DNA from: an uncultured delta proteobacterium
GTDB taxonomy: Bacteria; Desulfobacterota; Desulfomonilia; Desulfomonilales; Desulfomonilaceae
Assembly (NCBI GenBank): GCA_963789265.1
Contig: CAWBKB010000001.1
Location: forward strand, 1,056,001-1,120,000
DNA length: 64,000 nt
Direction: 5' to 3'
Part shown: positions 12,693 through 22,468 of the stretch, in pieces
How positions within the stretch are numbered: the first letter of the stretch is position 1
How the letters are laid out: the number at the start of each line of letters is the position of its first letter
Translations under genes and position numbers: made by a program
Notes under the pieces: generated by a model
The model's input: the letters and a program-made list of their open reading frames with translations, nothing else
The model's database searches: none
What the model was told of the DNA's origin: nothing

Positions 12693-13223
12693 TTGGAAGC
12701 ACGGAAAAAGATTAGAGCTAAAGAGGTTGTGCAAGACCTTCGGTCCGGCACGCCGACCGCTGACCTCCTGAGAAAATATGAACTGTCCCGGAATGGGCTG
12801 GCCATTGTGCTACAAAAGCTTGTTGATGCCAAAGTTTTGAGTCGGTCCGACCTCGAAGATTGGCGATCTCTCAATCATGATGTAACAGTAATTAGGGGCG
12901 TTCGAGAAGACGAGCGAGTAAAGATAGATTTTCCCTTGGTGGTTCAAGACTCCGACTTCCCTTATGCGAAAGGTTTTGTGCGCGACTTATCTGAAAAAGG
13001 ACTCGGGACGTATGGGATTACCGCCCGCGTTGGCGAGACAAAAGGATTGGTGCTACACCTGGAGCGGCCGAACCGGCATGCGCACATAAAATTTCACGCG
13101 CAATGCCGATGGGTGGAACGCTCGGCAGGGGATAGTCCAAGATGCACGGCGGGATTTGAAATAACACATATTGAAGACGCAGCATTAGCCGGGTTACGAA
13201 ACCTCCTTGAAAAAAAGAAATAA
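12693..13223 (+). CDS. Unnamed helical repeat domain + PilZ
   Basis: N-terminal KKIRAKEVVQDLRSG...KYELSRNGL; PilZ motifs REDER and DLSEKG, CRWV, GFEI. Confidence 0.85.
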   Translation: MEARKKIRAKEVVQDLRSGTPTADLLRKYELSRNGLAIVLQKLVDAKVLSRSDLEDWRSLNHDVTVIRGVREDERVKIDFPLVVQDSDFPYAKGFVRDLSEKGLGTYGITARVGETKGLVLHLERPNRHAHIKFHAQCRWVERSAGDSPRCTAGFEITHIEDAALAGLRNLLEKKK

Positions 13224-13244
13224 CCGTCTGCTTATGGGATAACC

Positions 13245-13556
13245 ATGGCGAAGAAGAAGATAAAGGCAAGGGAGTTGCTAACCGATGTTAGAGCCGGATT
13301 GGATGATGAGGCACTGATGCAGAAGTACAGTCTTTCAGCTCGTGGAGTGCTTCAGGCCCTGAACAAGCTCATCGCGCACGGGCTCATGTCTCCGGAAGAG
13401 CTCATCGAACGCAGATCCTTGGCTAAAACCGTTTATATGCCTGTCTTCACGTGCTCTGCCTGTGGGAACACACAGTTCTCGAAAGTGGAGAAGTGTCCGC
13501 GATGTGGTGCCAGGTTGAGAGCTTCCGGCGAGGGGAAGTCGGATTTCAGCTATTAG
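13245..13556 (+). CDS. Unnamed helical repeat domain + Zn ribbon
   Basis: KKKIKARELLTDVRAGLDDEALMQKYSLSARGV..ALNKL; CSAC...CPRC. Confidence 0.85.
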   Translation: MAKKKIKARELLTDVRAGLDDEALMQKYSLSARGVLQALNKLIAHGLMSPEELIERRSLAKTVYMPVFTCSACGNTQFSKVEKCPRCGARLRASGEGKSDFSY

Positions 13557-13578
13557 ATTGGAGGTTTCAGGGGGGATA

Positions 13579-14163
13579 ATGGAGAAGAAGCGGCAAATCA
13601 ACGGCAAAAATATCCTCAGTGATCTGAGATCAGGAATGGCTGACCGCCAATTGCAAGTGAAATATAAGCTGTCGAGCAAGAGCCTGGAATCCATTTTGAG
13701 CAAGCTGGTGAAGTGCGGCGCTGTCAGCCATGCCGAACTATACGAAAAGTCCTCATCATACAGAGAGAGCGTTAACCATGTTCAAGCACGAAAGCATCCC
13801 AGGGCGGAGTTGGATGTTTACGTGCCGGTCTATGACATCGCCGACTCGGCCGTGGGGGTGCTAAGGGACATATCGGAGAACGGGTTAAGGCTGGCCGGGA
13901 TCAAGGTCCAGGTTGGACAGGCGAAGACATTTCAGATTCCGGTGGATATGTTCATGGAGGCCCAGCCTCTGTTGATTATCGCTGAGTGCAAGTGGGTTCA
14001 AATAAAGAAGAAGAGCCGACATTACGCAGTGGCGGGATTCGAGCTAATAGATCTTCCGGACGCAGATCGTGAGACTCTCAGAGATTTCATCAACCTGTTG
14101 CTGCTTAAGAGCCCGGAAAACGGCAGCCCTCGGACTGAGAAGGAGCTACCTCCCGCAAGATAA
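13579..14163 (+). CDS. Unnamed helical repeat domain + PilZ
   Basis: KRQINGKNILSDLRSGMADRQLQVKYKLSSKSLESILSKLV; RKHPR and DISENG. Confidence 0.85.
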   Translation: MEKKRQINGKNILSDLRSGMADRQLQVKYKLSSKSLESILSKLVKCGAVSHAELYEKSSSYRESVNHVQARKHPRAELDVYVPVYDIADSAVGVLRDISENGLRLAGIKVQVGQAKTFQIPVDMFMEAQPLLIIAECKWVQIKKKSRHYAVAGFELIDLPDADRETLRDFINLLLLKSPENGSPRTEKELPPAR

Positions 14164-14345
14164 ATGGAAGATTCGGCATGGATCGAAAAAGAACAAGGGC
14201 CGATTGACCGATCGGAGGGCAGGTGAGGATGCCGCACTGTGCAAGGTTCTCAAGCCCAACCAATTCACGGTAAAGTGTCAGGTTTGCCCGCACGTGCAAT
14301 CTTTTGTAACGACTTATCGTCATGACTCTTATGAAGGGGGGATCT

Positions 14346-15188
14346 GTGGTCAAAAGAGCAATCAACGCAAAGCAAGCCGTGGCAGACATCCGTTCAGGCA
14401 TGGATGATGCTGCTCTCATGAGCAAGCACCATCTCTCTTCTCAAGGACTTCAAAGTCTCCTTGACAAGCTAGTGAAGGGCGGGTTCATAGATTTGTCCGA
14501 GATAGCAGGCCGTTTGCCGGGTTTCTTGGGGGTGGTCCGTGTATCTGAAGCTGCTCCATCGGCGCACGGAAGCAAAGAGACGAATGGCTCCCAAGCGCTT
14601 CAGACCAAGTCGCCGCCGCTGATCAATGCACAGGAGGCGGCCAGAGACATCAGATGGGGTGTAGCCGATACGGCCCTTATGTCCAAGTATCGCCTTTCAC
14701 CGGCGGGACTCAGCAGCCTTTTCGACAAGCTACTTTCGTCAGGACTGATAACGCAGTCTGACCTTGAACGGAGAGATCTTCTGGCTGACCGTACTGTCAA
14801 CCTGAAAGAAGAAATGCTCAGCTTCGCTGACGCACTGGACCGGCTCGGGCTTAATGTTCCAATTTCAGCACCCGGAGAACGAAGGGCTAAGCCCAAACAA
14901 GTGAAAGTCGGTCATCCTGCTGACAAAAGGACCAAAGCGGCAGAGACTATCTCGACCGGCAAGGGCAACAAAACTTCGCTGGAAGCAAGAGTAAGCCCCG
15001 AGCCGCATGTGACTCCATGGTACGACAGACCTACGATTGTAATGCTCCTATTGATCGGCCTCTTTCCTCTGGGGCTGTACGCTCTTTACCGAAAATCTAC
15101 GTTTTCTATTCGTACTAAATTGTCGATGATGGCAGCTTGGGTCCTGCTGGCTACCATCTGTATAATTTTGGTCATGCGGGGGATATAG
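14346..15188 (+). CDS. Two copies of the unnamed helical domain + C-terminal membrane hairpin
   Basis: INAKQAVADIRSGMDDAALMSKHHLSSQGLQSLLDKLV and INAQEAARDIRWGVADTALMSKYRLSPAGLSSLFDKLL; PWYDRP followed by two TM helices. Confidence 0.85.
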   Translation: MVKRAINAKQAVADIRSGMDDAALMSKHHLSSQGLQSLLDKLVKGGFIDLSEIAGRLPGFLGVVRVSEAAPSAHGSKETNGSQALQTKSPPLINAQEAARDIRWGVADTALMSKYRLSPAGLSSLFDKLLSSGLITQSDLERRDLLADRTVNLKEEMLSFADALDRLGLNVPISAPGERRAKPKQVKVGHPADKRTKAAETISTGKGNKTSLEARVSPEPHVTPWYDRPTIVMLLLIGLFPLGLYALYRKSTFSIRTKLSMMAAWVLLATICIILVMRGI

Positions 15189-15190
15189 GT

Positions 15191-15742
15191 GTGCTGAGAA
15201 TCAAGGCCAGGGATTTGGCGGCTGATATTCGAGCGCGGCTATCGGACTTTGAGCTGATGTCCCAATACGGATTGTCTTTGAACCAACTGGAATATGTCAT
15301 AGGGCAGCTTGTAGAGTCCGGAACGATAAGGAAGGACGAAATCGAAGAAAGGGGCCCTTTCTTTGATGATCCGGCCAACCGATTAAAGACACGGCGGTTT
15401 CCTAGAACGTATCTAAGGGTCCCCCTCGAGATTGAAGATGTGAATAACTCTGCAAACAAGTGCCTCCTTGTTGATCTGTCCGAAGAAGGGTTCCGGGTGC
15501 GCGGAATTACTTCAGGGGTTGTGGGTAAAGAAAAGACCTTTCTGGTTTATCCAAATGGGGTTCGCGGGAGGACGGTTAGACTTAGCGCTACATGCGTGTG
15601 GGCCAAGCTGGATTTAGATGCCGGGTTCTCAGGAGAGGCAGGATTCAAAATAATCAGCATCTCGGATAATGATATGCTTGCACTGAAAAAGGCCGCAAAA
15701 CTTCTAGGTCTCGGAGACCGCAATCTCTCGGCAGCAAGATGA
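15191..15742 (+). CDS. Unnamed helical repeat domain + PilZ
   Basis: RIKARDLAADIRARLSDFELMSQYGLSLNQL..VIGQLVESG; RRFPR and DLSEEG. Confidence 0.85.
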   Translation: MLRIKARDLAADIRARLSDFELMSQYGLSLNQLEYVIGQLVESGTIRKDEIEERGPFFDDPANRLKTRRFPRTYLRVPLEIEDVNNSANKCLLVDLSEEGFRVRGITSGVVGKEKTFLVYPNGVRGRTVRLSATCVWAKLDLDAGFSGEAGFKIISISDNDMLALKKAAKLLGLGDRNLSAAR

Positions 15743-15794
15743 ATCGGCTCATAAAGAGATGTCCTGGACCTGCGTGAGGTTCAACGGGAGCATA

Positions 15795-16478
15795 ATGAAA
15801 TCGAAGATAATTTGGAAGGAGATTGTAAAAGATATTTCCCGCGGAATGAGTGACGCAGAGCTCATGAACAAGCACGAATTGGCAAGAGATCAGCTTAAAT
15901 CCATATTCAAGCAGCTTGCCGGACTGCGCGAAAGAAGAATTCAAATGCTGGTCCGCGATCTCAGATCCGGGATGGCCCCTCTGGAGCTAAAGAGAAAATA
16001 TCATCTCTCGGCCAAAGGCTTCGAAAGTGCCCTCAAGTTGCTTCTTGAGGTAAATGCTATCACTTCGACTGAATTCAAGATCTTCAAATTTGCTGGTGAC
16101 GACAAGTTAGCTCGGCAGGACTCGCGTCGTACACCACGGAGTAACCCCATCCCAGTCGTCACGGTCTACGAAAACGGCAAGCCGGAAACAAGGTATGTAG
16201 TCCGGGATATTTCTGAGAAAGGCATAGGTGTCATTGGGATCAGGGCACAAATCGGCGAGACTAAATCTCTTGCCGTTGTCGGTGATGAATTCGGACAGAT
16301 AGCCCCGTTTGAATTCGAGGTCCAATGCCGCTGGACAAAACATCTGAATCTCAACGGGCAGATATGCTCGGGTTTTAGTGTCACGAATATAAGCGAACAA
16401 GACCTATTTCGGCTCAGGGAATTCATCCAGGGGTTCACGTTCGGGACCGACGAAGCCGGAGACTCCATAGTCAATTAA
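15795..16478 (+). CDS. Two copies of the unnamed helical domain + PilZ
   Basis: KIIWKEIVKDISRGMSDAELMNKHEL and LVRDLRSGMAPLELKRKYHLSAKGF; RRTPR and DISEKG. Confidence 0.85.
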   Translation: MKSKIIWKEIVKDISRGMSDAELMNKHELARDQLKSIFKQLAGLRERRIQMLVRDLRSGMAPLELKRKYHLSAKGFESALKLLLEVNAITSTEFKIFKFAGDDKLARQDSRRTPRSNPIPVVTVYENGKPETRYVVRDISEKGIGVIGIRAQIGETKSLAVVGDEFGQIAPFEFEVQCRWTKHLNLNGQICSGFSVTNISEQDLFRLREFIQGFTFGTDEAGDSIVN

Positions 16479-16516
16479 CAGCAAGAGTGGTGGCGATACA
16501 ATGAGCCGGCAACGAT

Positions 16517-18790
16517 TCATCGGTGCCGTTTGAGGCCCAATCTCTCCAGCAGTCCCTTCTTAGTTCTCGTACCCGGGGTGCTCAGTTCGTCCTGCAATTT
16601 TCTTAGCGCTGCATGCAGCTCCTGGGTGTCGGCAAACCTGTCGTCGGGATTCTTTGCCGTCATTTTCTGAAGCAGTTTAAACATCGAGTCCGGGACAGGC
16701 GGTTGAAAATCCTTGAACGGAGGCAACGGCTCATGGACATGCTTCTGGAAAATGACGTAAGCCGACTCGCCATGGAAAGGTGGGGAACCGCTCAGCAGAT
16801 GGTACAGGGTTATCCCCAGCGAATAGATGTCTGAACGTATATCCAAAGTGCGGGAGCCTTTTGCCTGCTCAGGTGAGAAATACAGCGGAGTGCCGCACGA
16901 GATCCCGGTCTGCGTTATGCCGGAATCCTGGGAGTCCAGATAATTTTTGGCCAAACCGAGGTCGGCAAGTCTTGCTTCGCCCTTGTTGGTGAAGAGAATG
17001 TTGGCCGGCTTGATATCTCGATGCAGGATGTTGTTTTCTTCGGCAACACTCAAGGCGCGGGCAATGTCATTTGCTATTTGTAAGACTTTTTCCACAGGGA
17101 ATCGTCCCATCCTGGCCAGCATGGACGCTGCGTTGCCTCCGTCTACGTAAGGCATCACAAGAAAATGATGCCCGTCTTCCAGCCCCACGTTCATCACGCC
17201 GACTATGTTCGGATGTTGTAATTTCGCCGCGGACCTTGCCTCGCGTATGAAGCGTTTGACAAAGATCGGGTCTTTCTCGGCGAGATGCGCGTGAAGGACT
17301 TTGACCGCGACGGGGATATCCAGAGCTATGTGGTGCCCTTTGAACACTCCGCCCATGCCGCCCCCACCTATTTTGTAGAAAAGCCGACATCCTCCAATCG
17401 TTTGACCGATTAACTGCTCGCCGAGGCTATCCGGCCTCGTGTCCGCGAAGGGCACAGTCATGATACGTCCGCAGCTTATACACTTGCCTTTGCGGCCCAA
17501 GTAGCGCGTCGGAACGACGTGAACATGGCCGCATTCGCAGGCGAATCGGATTCTCGGATCGGTCTGCCGCCGAGCCCTTGAAAGCCCCGCTCCCTCCTCA
17601 ACCTTTTCGCTGGAAAAAAGTTCCGTCTCCTTCGTGGGATCGGGCAGCATATCCGTCTGCATCGCACGAATTGCATCCATCTCCAATTCTGTGAACATAC
17701 TGGTGGAAAAAGCCGCAGTCTCCTCGAAAACGGACGGGTCTTGCAGCGCCCGGTCGATGAACGTCTTCAGTTTAGTCTCACCACCGGGGAGAAAGGAAAC
17801 GAACTGCGCTTTCACCCGGTTTGTGTCGTCATTCTCTTCCCTGGGGTCCGATTCGGATACTCTTGCTATGACCCAGACAGGTTCGCCTCCTTCCGGGAGT
17901 GGCAGATGAATCTTCAGTGCAGCGGTGACTCCCGGATCCGGCGTGTCAGGCAAGTCCAGCAGTGCCCAGCCGTAGGAAAGTCGGTCCGATGTCCCTTCTT
18001 TCCAAGTCTTGTTGTCCAGCGAATAGCTGACAGGAGCCACCAAAGGAATTCCAGGAGAGGGGTCCACCGCGAATGAACCGGTTAACTCACGACCTTCCTC
18101 ATTAGTCTCCGCTTCAGGAGATCCCGATGTGACAGGCGCATGGGCCACCTTTCCAGCCTCCACATCCTCTACGAGGACCTCGAAATCGTGCCGCGCTGCG
18201 CCGGCGGACGAAAGGGCATCCAGGATCTGGTCATAGTCTGGAATAAAACGCTTTTGTTCATCGGTCACTTTGCCAAGCAGATCATTGGCCAGAGTAAGGA
18301 GACCTTGCTCAATGCAAACGGTAATAAGATCGGAAATTAAGTCGCCCCTTTCCGCCGGCGTGAGGGTCTCGTCACTCAGAATTTGGTCCCGGAGCCGCAG
18401 GGCTTCATCAACATTTTCCAATCTGATGAGACAAGTGGCCGAATAACGGAAGAGATCGGTACGGAATGCGGGCGACGATGCCAACGCCTTCTTGAATTCT
18501 TCCAGCGCCTCCTCGTACAAGTCCATGCCCATGTAGGCCACGCCCAAATCGAAAGCCAAGCGAGGCGAAAAGTCCTCAGACGGCGGGCGCCGAGACTCAG
18601 TAGTTTCTTCCATCTTTTTGACGAACTGAAGGTGAACTATCTTGGCGCGGGCCTTGCGATTATCGGGCTCAACGGTGAGGACGTTCCGGTAGATGAGAAT
18701 GGCATGATCGTACAACCCTTGAGCCTCATAATGCTCCGCTTCCTGCCACATACGAGCCAAGCCTTCGTTGTCAATGTGGGAACTATTCAT
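16517..18790 (-). CDS. Hanks-type Ser/Thr protein kinase with N-terminal TPRs, degenerate PilZ-like domain and Zn ribbon
   Basis: GGGGMG, VAVK, HRDIKPAN, DLG, GTPLYFSPE, DIYSLG; TPR-like N-terminus; CECG...CISC; no TM segment. Confidence 0.93.
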   Translation of the reverse strand: MNSSHIDNEGLARMWQEAEHYEAQGLYDHAILIYRNVLTVEPDNRKARAKIVHLQFVKKMEETTESRRPPSEDFSPRLAFDLGVAYMGMDLYEEALEEFKKALASSPAFRTDLFRYSATCLIRLENVDEALRLRDQILSDETLTPAERGDLISDLITVCIEQGLLTLANDLLGKVTDEQKRFIPDYDQILDALSSAGAARHDFEVLVEDVEAGKVAHAPVTSGSPEAETNEEGRELTGSFAVDPSPGIPLVAPVSYSLDNKTWKEGTSDRLSYGWALLDLPDTPDPGVTAALKIHLPLPEGGEPVWVIARVSESDPREENDDTNRVKAQFVSFLPGGETKLKTFIDRALQDPSVFEETAAFSTSMFTELEMDAIRAMQTDMLPDPTKETELFSSEKVEEGAGLSRARRQTDPRIRFACECGHVHVVPTRYLGRKGKCISCGRIMTVPFADTRPDSLGEQLIGQTIGGCRLFYKIGGGGMGGVFKGHHIALDIPVAVKVLHAHLAEKDPIFVKRFIREARSAAKLQHPNIVGVMNVGLEDGHHFLVMPYVDGGNAASMLARMGRFPVEKVLQIANDIARALSVAEENNILHRDIKPANILFTNKGEARLADLGLAKNYLDSQDSGITQTGISCGTPLYFSPEQAKGSRTLDIRSDIYSLGITLYHLLSGSPPFHGESAYVIFQKHVHEPLPPFKDFQPPVPDSMFKLLQKMTAKNPDDRFADTQELHAALRKLQDELSTPGTRTKKGLLERLGLKRHR

Positions 18791-18912
18791 GCTTGCCCTG
18801 TTTCAGGTTGCTGCAGCTCCTCGACCGACCACTCGTCAATAAGTTGTGGACACCACAAGAATGTCCCTCAACAAGAAGGAATCATAACAAATTAATGACA
18901 CATTGTCAGCGG

Positions 18913-20607
18913 TCATTTGGGAATGAAACCAGGCGGCAATTCTTCCGGTTGAGCGTGTCGCGGCTCCGGATGGCGTTCCTGCCGGACCGATGGACTCTGC
19001 GCATCAAACGTCTCGGGGGCTAGGCGATCCTGCGCCGCCTTTTTGCTTTTGAAGCTCAAGCCGTACTCACGTGCCTTTTCTATGTAAGAGCCCGAGGCCA
19101 GCCTAATTTCTCCAATAATATTCACACGAATGGCTGCGGCGCCCTGCACGGGGCACTTGTTTTCGCATAAACCGCAACCGCTGCACTTGTTTTCAATGAC
19201 CACAGGAGCCGCATTCTTCAGTCCTGTGGCGGGCTGAAAGGATATGGCGTTGTATGGACAGACTTCATCGCAGACAAGACACTTCCTGTCCTGTTCCCAA
19301 ACCAGGCAGTTTTGTCGGACGATCCAAGCTGTTCCTACTTTTGCATGTTTTTTTTCTATAAGGGGAAGGTCACGTATGGCGCCGGTCGGGCATACCTGGC
19401 CGCACAAATTGCAATTCGGCGAGCATGCGGCAAGGCGAGGGACCATGATCGGAGTGAAAAGGCCTTCCAATCCCGCTTTGAGCCATGTCGGCTGAAGCGT
19501 GTTGGTGGCACATGCCTTCATGCATTCACCACAGCGGACACATCGGGTGAGAAAGTCAGGTTCCGGGAGTGAACCTGGAGGTCGTATCAAGTCAGCGTCG
19601 AATAATCCTCTTTCCTTGCCCCGCGGCCTGGGTTGCTTGATGCCCGTGTGCAGCAGACCGGCTGATATTAACCCAGACCCTAGAGCAAGCACCACGCCAC
19701 GCCTCGTGGGATCGGCGGCCGATCCCGAGGACTTCGCGTTGCGAGCGGCTGAAAAAGAGACGGCTGATTCCGGACAGATCTTTACGCATTCGAGACAGAC
19801 TATGCATTCCGAATATGCGGTCTTCCGCGGATCTTCGAATATTGCTCCGGTCGGGCATTTCCTGATGCATCGGCCGCAATGGGAACATGAGTCATTGACT
19901 TTGCGTCGGAGTATGGGCGATCGGGAAAAGAGTCCCATCAAAGCGCCGGCGGGGCACAAATTTCGGCACCAAAAACGCGGCTGGGAATAGGCCAGCGCCA
20001 CGATGCCTACAAAGAGCACTCCAACGAAAACGTTAGTGGCAAATTCTCTTCCGCTAATCTGAATGTAGGCCAACCCGGGAAAGATCCAACGGAAGGGCGC
20101 GGAAGAGGCTAGATCAAGACCGGAATCAGCCAGCAACAGAACGAGTGGATGTACTACCAACCCGTAAAACCGGGTGACGATGGAGAGGGGGGAGCCGATG
20201 AACAGGAGTGAAACCCCTCCCAATGCGGCCCCAAGGACGAAGACAAGGATCAAGTACTTCCACGCGCGGAATCGCGCCGTAGCTTCATAAGTATTCTTTT
20301 TTACTGACGGCTTCCGTCGCGGACCCAGAGGCCCCTGCAGCAGGTCCAACGTGGTCCCCATGGGGCAAATATGCCCGCAAAAGAATCTGCCCGCTAACAT
20401 AGCCGCAGCCAACACAAGGAGGCCGGGCAGAAGACTGATCTCGAAAGACCTCGTAGTTAGAATGGTGCCCAGGCCGATAAGGGGATCGAGTCGGAGGAAA
20501 AAATCCACGGCCAGCCCGTCGTCGTGGTACGGATAGGCGGCCAACAGTAGCAATCCAAGGAAAAGAAAGAGGGTGGCTGTTTGGGTGGCCTTTTGGAAAG
20601 TTATCAC
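18913..20607 (-). CDS. Membrane polyferredoxin (NapH/MauN-like fused to NapG/MauM-like)
   Basis: GRFFCGHICPMG, RFWCRNLCPAG, several CxxCxxCxxxCP motifs, IRPPG. Confidence 0.9.
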   Translation of the reverse strand: MITFQKATQTATLFLFLGLLLLAAYPYHDDGLAVDFFLRLDPLIGLGTILTTRSFEISLLPGLLVLAAAMLAGRFFCGHICPMGTTLDLLQGPLGPRRKPSVKKNTYEATARFRAWKYLILVFVLGAALGGVSLLFIGSPLSIVTRFYGLVVHPLVLLLADSGLDLASSAPFRWIFPGLAYIQISGREFATNVFVGVLFVGIVALAYSQPRFWCRNLCPAGALMGLFSRSPILRRKVNDSCSHCGRCIRKCPTGAIFEDPRKTAYSECIVCLECVKICPESAVSFSAARNAKSSGSAADPTRRGVVLALGSGLISAGLLHTGIKQPRPRGKERGLFDADLIRPPGSLPEPDFLTRCVRCGECMKACATNTLQPTWLKAGLEGLFTPIMVPRLAACSPNCNLCGQVCPTGAIRDLPLIEKKHAKVGTAWIVRQNCLVWEQDRKCLVCDEVCPYNAISFQPATGLKNAAPVVIENKCSGCGLCENKCPVQGAAAIRVNIIGEIRLASGSYIEKAREYGLSFKSKKAAQDRLAPETFDAQSPSVRQERHPEPRHAQPEELPPGFIPK

Positions 20608-21542
20608 GATTTGATGTTCTTCACCTTCAGTTTGTCAATATCTATGCGGCCTAGACCGCGTTCGGCGGCGATGCGGATATGGCGCACTTGATCGGGCGCG
20701 AACGATTTCCCCCACCACGTGCCCAGCGCCACCATCTGGGAATCTGCTGCGACCATGTCCGTCGACGCGATCACAAGGTTCATGGGGATTACTTTACCTG
20801 GGCCGCTCGGTCCGCCGGTGCTCAGGATGCGGGTCGCGTCAATTACGACGAGCTGAGGCTTCAATACGGTAACCATGTCTACTATAGCTTCGTGCAGATT
20901 GTACCTGGAATGGAACGCTCTGCGATCCCGAATGAGACCCATCATCCCCTTCATGGAAAGACTCACACCCGAAGCAGCATGAGACTTGCCAACCGGCACA
21001 GCGATCAGAACATCCCCATCCAAAACATCAGAGAAGACTTCCATCGTCTTCACTTTATGAGCCTGAGGGGCCTTGACTTCTCGATACAACCTGCGTGCTT
21101 CCAGAGTGCTGACTGTCGTATTTGGAATGTCCCGGCAGGCCTCGGGTATTTTCGAAAGCCTCAGACATGCCCGCGGTTCGTTCAATACATGATCGACAAC
21201 CGAGATCTTCGAAGCGCCTGCCTCCGCGCACATTCGAGCTACTTCGCCGACGACCGCCGGGTGGGTATTGGACGCCCTTTGCGGCCCGCTGGCAAAGCTC
21301 ATATTGGGCTTGATTACGACCTTGTTACCCGGTTTCACAAAACGCTTTATCCCGCCCAACGCCTCAACCGCAGCCCGGGTGATCGCGGCGGGATCAATGC
21401 CATGTGATATGACCAGGTCCGGGATTTCTTCGGCAAAGGATTCTCTGGGGCCGAGCAGCCCGCCTAATGTCCCGGTGGCGAGCGCGGCGGTGGTGACCAA
21501 ACCGCTTTTCAAGAATTCGCGGCGGTCGAGCCTTTCTGTCAT
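20604..21542 (-). CDS. DUF362 family protein with Tat signal
   Basis: DRREFLK twin-Arg signal; VKPGNKVVIKPN, THP, K.H...GVSLSMKGMMG, D.VAAD. Confidence 0.9.
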   Translation of the reverse strand: MTERLDRREFLKSGLVTTAALATGTLGGLLGPRESFAEEIPDLVISHGIDPAAITRAAVEALGGIKRFVKPGNKVVIKPNMSFASGPQRASNTHPAVVGEVARMCAEAGASKISVVDHVLNEPRACLRLSKIPEACRDIPNTTVSTLEARRLYREVKAPQAHKVKTMEVFSDVLDGDVLIAVPVGKSHAASGVSLSMKGMMGLIRDRRAFHSRYNLHEAIVDMVTVLKPQLVVIDATRILSTGGPSGPGKVIPMNLVIASTDMVAADSQMVALGTWWGKSFAPDQVRHIRIAAERGLGRIDIDKLKVKNIKS

Positions 21543-21822
21543 TACGGTCTCTCCTCTCGCGGAAGGATTCAGAATCCATCAACCATTATTAAAACTGCTG
21601 GTTTGACAAAAGTCAACAGGCTGATTAAAACGCATCATAAGGCCGAAAGACCCGCGTCCGACCCGCCGGAGGCGAAAAGCTTCATTGAATCGGCCCGTTT
21701 TGCCGAATTCTAGTCGTCCGATGCCAAGTTTCAGTCATGTACTTGTCATGGCCGAGCTAAATCCTGGCTGTCTTCATCGTGATTGGCAGTCTACAACGAG
21801 TAACACATATCCGGGATTGTAA

Positions 21823-22390
21823 ATGGCTCTATCGCGAGTTGTGGAATTAGGCTTCTCTTTCCTGGTGGTATTCGTGCTCATTGTGTTGGTTTCTTTTCTC
21901 ACACTGCGTCCATCGCTCCGGGAGATAAGAACCGAGGCACGCGTCGAATGGGAAGGATTTCTCCAGGCCGTCAACGACCGTAACGACGTGCTGCCCGGAC
22001 TCGTGGAGGCGGTGAGGGGTTATGAACCGGCGTACGCGAAGCCGGCGGAGCGGCTCCTCGAAGCACGTTCAATTTCCGTGCGTTCGAAAGACTCGGGGAC
22101 TATTGTAGCTTCAGTCGATGACATGGAGGTTCAACTGAGGCGGATAGAGAATCTTGCAGAGTCAAAGCCGGGGCTCGCTCAATATCCTCCTTTCGCGGCG
22201 AACTGGAAGAAAGTGGTGAAGATTTCCCGGCGGATAATCTTCCTTCGGCAGAGCTATAACAGCACTGCCGGATTGGTACAATCGTCTACTCACGCCTTTT
22301 CCCCAGAATCTGTTGACCACGGTTTTTGGCTTTGTTCCTCTGACCGAATATCCGCAGAGCGGATCCTTCGGCGAACCGGAGTCGAAGTGA
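21823..22390 (+). CDS. LemA family protein (apparent +1 frameshift at ~22276)
   Basis: N-terminal TM, RNDVLPGLVEAVRGY; removing one G restores YNSTAGLYNRLLTPFPQNLL..VFGF, the LemA C-terminus. Confidence 0.8.
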
Positions 22391-22468
22391 AGAACTGGGA
22401 GCCGCGTCGTATGCGGGCAGTTTGAAACGAACAGAACCTTATGCTCTGTGCTTCCAGTTCACCAACTT

